A stretch of DNA of 19,994 bases from a virus: the UHGV virus genome UHGV-0075856, one strand, 5' to 3'. The notes beneath the pieces are model-generated. The model was not told where the DNA came from, searched no databases, and saw only the letters and a program-made list of their open reading frames with translations. This document shows positions 16,554 through 19,994 of the stretch, piece by piece (within the stretch, counting starts at the first letter, position 1; each line of letters starts with the position of its first letter). Both the position numbers and the translations under genes were made by a program.

Positions 16554-19541
16554 ATGAGCTTAAGCGATCAGGTGGTAATGGCCACCAGCATAGAAACGCT
16601 GATCGAGCTGCTAAAGAACTTGCCCGATTATGGGCGGGTTTCGTATGTGGTGACAGCGAAGGGAGACGAGGTAAAAACAGCGTTTGATATCGTCGATGCC
16701 TCAGCTCTTTTGGTATCCAATACTCTGGATGGGAAAATTAATCCTGACTATCCCCAGGAACTTCAACCGCGCGACCGGACCCGCGCATCCAGCCTTCTTC
16801 AGGTTAACCAGATATCCAAGGATTTGCGGCCTGCTCAGCTTACCGATTCCGGTCTATCCAGCCATGGCGCGCCGATAATTGGTGAGGACAATGCCGTTGA
16901 GTCAGGTAATGGACGGACCATGGGGATCATTAAAGCCTATCAGGACGGCAATGCGGATCGGTATCGTGAGTACCTGATTGATCATGCGACCGAATTCGGC
17001 ATACGACCTGAAAAGGTTGAATCAATGACGGCTCCGGTACTGGTGCGCCGCCGGTTAACTAAGGTTGACCGCGTTCAGTTTGCCAAGGACTCAAATATTT
17101 CTGATCTTCAGGAAATGGCAGCCAGTGAAAAGGCTTTTGTTGATGCCGACAGCATAACACCGGCGATGATGGCGCTTTTTAACCCGTCAGAAAGCGGAGA
17201 TCTGCTTAGCCGCAGTAATGACACGTTTATTCGCGGATTTATGACGCAAGTTGGTGCCACACAGGCGGCTGGCCTTGTAACTGAAGATGGGCGACCAACA
17301 CGGCAACTTGTAGACCGTATACAAAACGCGATCTTTGCCAAGGCATATAAGGATGCGCGCCTGGTAAGGATGGTTGCAGAAGAACCTGATCCGGATATGC
17401 GTAATGTTCTGACGGCGCTTAATGCGGCAGCCAATGATTTTGTCCAGATGCAGGCTTTGTCAGGAGAAGCGCACAAGCAGGCTGTGACAACTATTGTTGA
17501 TGGCATTGAGACAGCGGATAGCCTCGATAAAAAGGCGCTGGCGGCATTGAAAGATGCGGTAGACCTGGTAAGGCAATCGAAGGAGTCAGGCCAGCATATT
17601 ACCGATGTTATTGCTCAGGGGGATATGTTCAGCGAAACGGCCCCGGAAGTGAAAGCACTCGCGTTGTTCATCGTCGCGAATAACCGTAGCGCGAAGCGTA
17701 TGGCCACCGCCTTTAAGTTGATGGCGCAACGTATCAATGATGAGTTACAGCACCAGGGCCAGGCGCTCGGGGATATGTTTGGCGGCGGCGATGTGTCGTT
17801 ACAGGATATCCTTCGCCAGGTGTCTCAGGAACTGGAAAACGAAGGCATGCAAGGGATATCCGGCGGTCTTTTCGAGTCCGTTTCCGGCGGTAGTTACAAC
17901 GGTGTTGCTCCATATACCAGCTTGCTATTACATCGGGCATCCGGCATCAAAGACATTATTCATCTGATCAGGCTGCTATCCCGCACCGATCCCCAGGATG
18001 AGCAGCTTGTACAAGTGCTTGCGCATTTTGTCCGAATGCCTGTTGCCGACGTAAAAAAATGGTGCCGATTATTCGGTATCAGCAATTCGTTACTTCGCGG
18101 ATTGTTAAATCACGCATCCTCCCTTGGGCGCGACGGCTTTGATGAGATAGCGCAGGCGATAAAAAACGGAGATATGCCACCAGCTATTGACTGGTTTTCC
18201 ATTCGCCCAACCAGGGTGAAAGCATTCCTTAGCGCGGCGCATTCGGCATCACCATTGGCAGAAATGGTTCAGAGGTTGTCGCTCATATTCACAGACCATA
18301 CCGCGTTGGGTGATCTGACTCTGGACGAGATGAAAGAAGCCTCCATTCAGTGGGCCGATCAACAAAATGAGGTTAACTCTGACTTCTTGCCAGCATTCAG
18401 GAAGGCCGTTAGTAAAGTGGATGATGCCCGTGGAATTCTGAAGGCATTTAAGGCATTGCAAAGTCGGGTTAATAAACATGTCGGTGATATCGATGGGGTA
18501 ACGGCGGAAGGCAGGGATATCCTTAAAGAGCACGGCATAACGCCAGAGTTTATTGATGAGATCAGGACGGATATGCAGCGTGAGGTCGTATCGTCCCTGC
18601 AAATCGTAGCCAGAGCGTTGGCGGATGCTAATCCGAAGAGTGCGGCCATTGTTAACCGGGTTATTGGTGATATTGAAGCATCGGAGGGCATGGGGGCGCT
18701 GAAACTCTTCCTTTCGCGAGCGTTTAATCCTAACGGCAATATTCTCCCCGGCATTATTTGTGAGGCTAAAAAGTATGTCAGCGAAGAAGAACTTGAGCAT
18801 CTTGACCAACTACTTAAGCGATTCTCATATAACCCGCAGACACGCTGGCAAATGAATCAGCGAAGTATGGGTTCGGTCCACGAGAAAGTGTTATCTGCCA
18901 TGAACAGTGCGATCGCCAACTCATCCGTATCTGAAGAAAAAGCTCTTGAGTGGGCCGACTCTTTTATCACGGAAGAAGTGGAAGAAGCCCGCGCTGGACA
19001 GAATGGTGGGATAGACCTGCGCAAGGAACTTGCTGATATTTATCGCCTGACCGGCGGTAAAATTTCGACCTTATCAAAGGTGGTTCACCACCAGGGAAGG
19101 GCATATGCAAATCTAAATGGTGTTGTTGCTGTCAATTTGAACGATGAAAATGCAAGTGCACTGTGGCACGAGCTGGGTCATCATCTTGAGTACAGTAACC
19201 CTGGTTTGTTAGAGAAAGCCCGGTCATTCCTGAAGGCCAATGTTGAAGGGGATAAGCCATCTTTCGTTAATATCGGTGGGCGTGGCAAGCCTGAATGGTG
19301 CTTCAGATCTCGATTGAGTAATATTTATATGGCGAAGGTATACCCGCCAGCCTCAGTAAGTAACACCGGGAAAATTCGGCAGAAATCACCGACTATTTCC
19401 AAAACGTCAGCAACGGAAGTATTCTCTATGGCTCTTCAGTTGTATCATGACAAAGAGGCCGCTGCCGCATCACTGATGAATGGTGACGGATTGCTGGAAC
19501 TGTTATTAGGTGTGGCAAAGGAGCTAAATAATGCAGATTAA
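16554..19541 (+). CDS. ddrB: DdrB-like large Dar-operon protein (995 aa) with an HExxH zinc-metallopeptidase-like motif (WHELGHHLEY at about 19163-19192)
   Basis: 995-aa ORF; motif read directly; assignment by synteny and size. Confidence 0.5.
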   Translation: MSLSDQVVMATSIETLIELLKNLPDYGRVSYVVTAKGDEVKTAFDIVDASALLVSNTLDGKINPDYPQELQPRDRTRASSLLQVNQISKDLRPAQLTDSGLSSHGAPIIGEDNAVESGNGRTMGIIKAYQDGNADRYREYLIDHATEFGIRPEKVESMTAPVLVRRRLTKVDRVQFAKDSNISDLQEMAASEKAFVDADSITPAMMALFNPSESGDLLSRSNDTFIRGFMTQVGATQAAGLVTEDGRPTRQLVDRIQNAIFAKAYKDARLVRMVAEEPDPDMRNVLTALNAAANDFVQMQALSGEAHKQAVTTIVDGIETADSLDKKALAALKDAVDLVRQSKESGQHITDVIAQGDMFSETAPEVKALALFIVANNRSAKRMATAFKLMAQRINDELQHQGQALGDMFGGGDVSLQDILRQVSQELENEGMQGISGGLFESVSGGSYNGVAPYTSLLLHRASGIKDIIHLIRLLSRTDPQDEQLVQVLAHFVRMPVADVKKWCRLFGISNSLLRGLLNHASSLGRDGFDEIAQAIKNGDMPPAIDWFSIRPTRVKAFLSAAHSASPLAEMVQRLSLIFTDHTALGDLTLDEMKEASIQWADQQNEVNSDFLPAFRKAVSKVDDARGILKAFKALQSRVNKHVGDIDGVTAEGRDILKEHGITPEFIDEIRTDMQREVVSSLQIVARALADANPKSAAIVNRVIGDIEASEGMGALKLFLSRAFNPNGNILPGIICEAKKYVSEEELEHLDQLLKRFSYNPQTRWQMNQRSMGSVHEKVLSAMNSAIANSSVSEEKALEWADSFITEEVEEARAGQNGGIDLRKELADIYRLTGGKISTLSKVVHHQGRAYANLNGVVAVNLNDENASALWHELGHHLEYSNPGLLEKARSFLKANVEGDKPSFVNIGGRGKPEWCFRSRLSNIYMAKVYPPASVSNTGKIRQKSPTISKTSATEVFSMALQLYHDKEAAAASLMNGDGLLELLLGVAKELNNAD

Positions 19542-19839
19542 AATCGCAGCGCCATTAGGCGGAGATGCCATTATCGAATTTGATGATAATGAAGAAGTTT
19601 CCGGGCGTTTAAGCATTATCTCCGGTGACATTACCGAGGACATGATCACTGAAGCCATAGCTGGGGCAAATCCCAATAGCTATATGGGATTCGTTAACAC
19701 CCTTGATGCTCCCGTAAGTGATGTTCTCCGAACGCTGCATCTTTACGCTGGCTGGTTTGTTGATTGGCCATCTGTAGATGGTGGCGATGAGGACGACGAC
19801 GATGATTTTGGTAATCATGTAGACCAGATCGTATATTAA
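19531..19839 (+). CDS. Small acidic protein (102 aa) with poly-Asp/Glu C-terminal tail
   Basis: ATG overlaps the end of the ddrB-like gene; C-terminus …VDGGDEDDDDDFGNHVDQIVY. Confidence 0.45.
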   Translation: MQIKIAAPLGGDAIIEFDDNEEVSGRLSIISGDITEDMITEAIAGANPNSYMGFVNTLDAPVSDVLRTLHLYAGWFVDWPSVDGGDEDDDDDFGNHVDQIVY

Positions 19840-19904
19840 CTCCCTGATAGTGTTAAAATAACCTGTTCTGGTATGTTAATTGTGTACTTAAGGTAAATGT
19901 GTTG

Positions 19905-19939
19905 TGGCTTGCTTTAGACTATGGAAGCAAGCCATTTCT
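19905..19939 (+). terminator. Intrinsic terminator candidate: 10-bp stem (TGGCTTGCTT / AAGCAAGCCA), 10-nt loop, followed by TTTCT
   Basis: Inverted repeat read directly, 66 nt after the stop of the acidic ORF; likely the end of the dar operon transcript. Confidence 0.5.
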
Positions 19940-19953
19940 GGTGATGCCTCTAA

Positions 19954-19975
19954 TTAGTTGAATCTGATGTATAAT
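19954..19975 (+). promoter_or_regulatory. Possible extended -10 promoter (TG-n-TATAAT at 19968-19975) reading rightward out of the window
   Basis: TGTATAAT read directly; no well-spaced -35. Weak evidence. Confidence 0.25.
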
Positions 19976-19994
19976 ACGGGCTTTTGAGGTTATC

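Noticed and set aside
17108-18809. - strand ORFs inside the ddrB-like gene (132, 186 and 131 aa)
   Set aside because: Antisense shadow ORFs within a 995-aa gene; no start context.

Overview
This window looks like the late/tail region of a P1-like temperate phage or phage-plasmid from an enterobacterium. In order: three unassigned virion-module ORFs; a 1130-aa tape-measure/injection protein with an internal lytic-transglycosylase motif (Sit-like); four baseplate/tail ORFs; a tail-fibre gene whose receptor-binding C-terminus lies on an invertible cassette (Sv + chaperone on +, Sv' on -); a Hin/Gin/Pin-family serine invertase; then a holin/antiholin pair (lydA/lydB-like) and a Dar-type antirestriction operon (hdf-darA-ddrA-ddrB-like). 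The most striking observation is that the invertase gene is physically split: its N-terminal catalytic part lies inverted on the - strand (9905-10249) and its 75 C-terminal codons lie on the + strand (11899-12126). A single inversion of about 9905-11898 would restore both an intact ~190-aa invertase and an in-frame Sc-Sv' tail fibre. The crossover maps to a hix/gix-like 26-bp site at the fibre junction and a cryptic site inside the invertase ORF, sharing the central dinucleotide. A second, heavily decayed Cin-like invertase remnant lies convergent at about 12127-12435. No rRNA, tRNA or CRISPR array was seen. All names rest on motif and architecture recognition by eye plus recalled family knowledge; no searches were run, and site coordinates are +/-2 bp.
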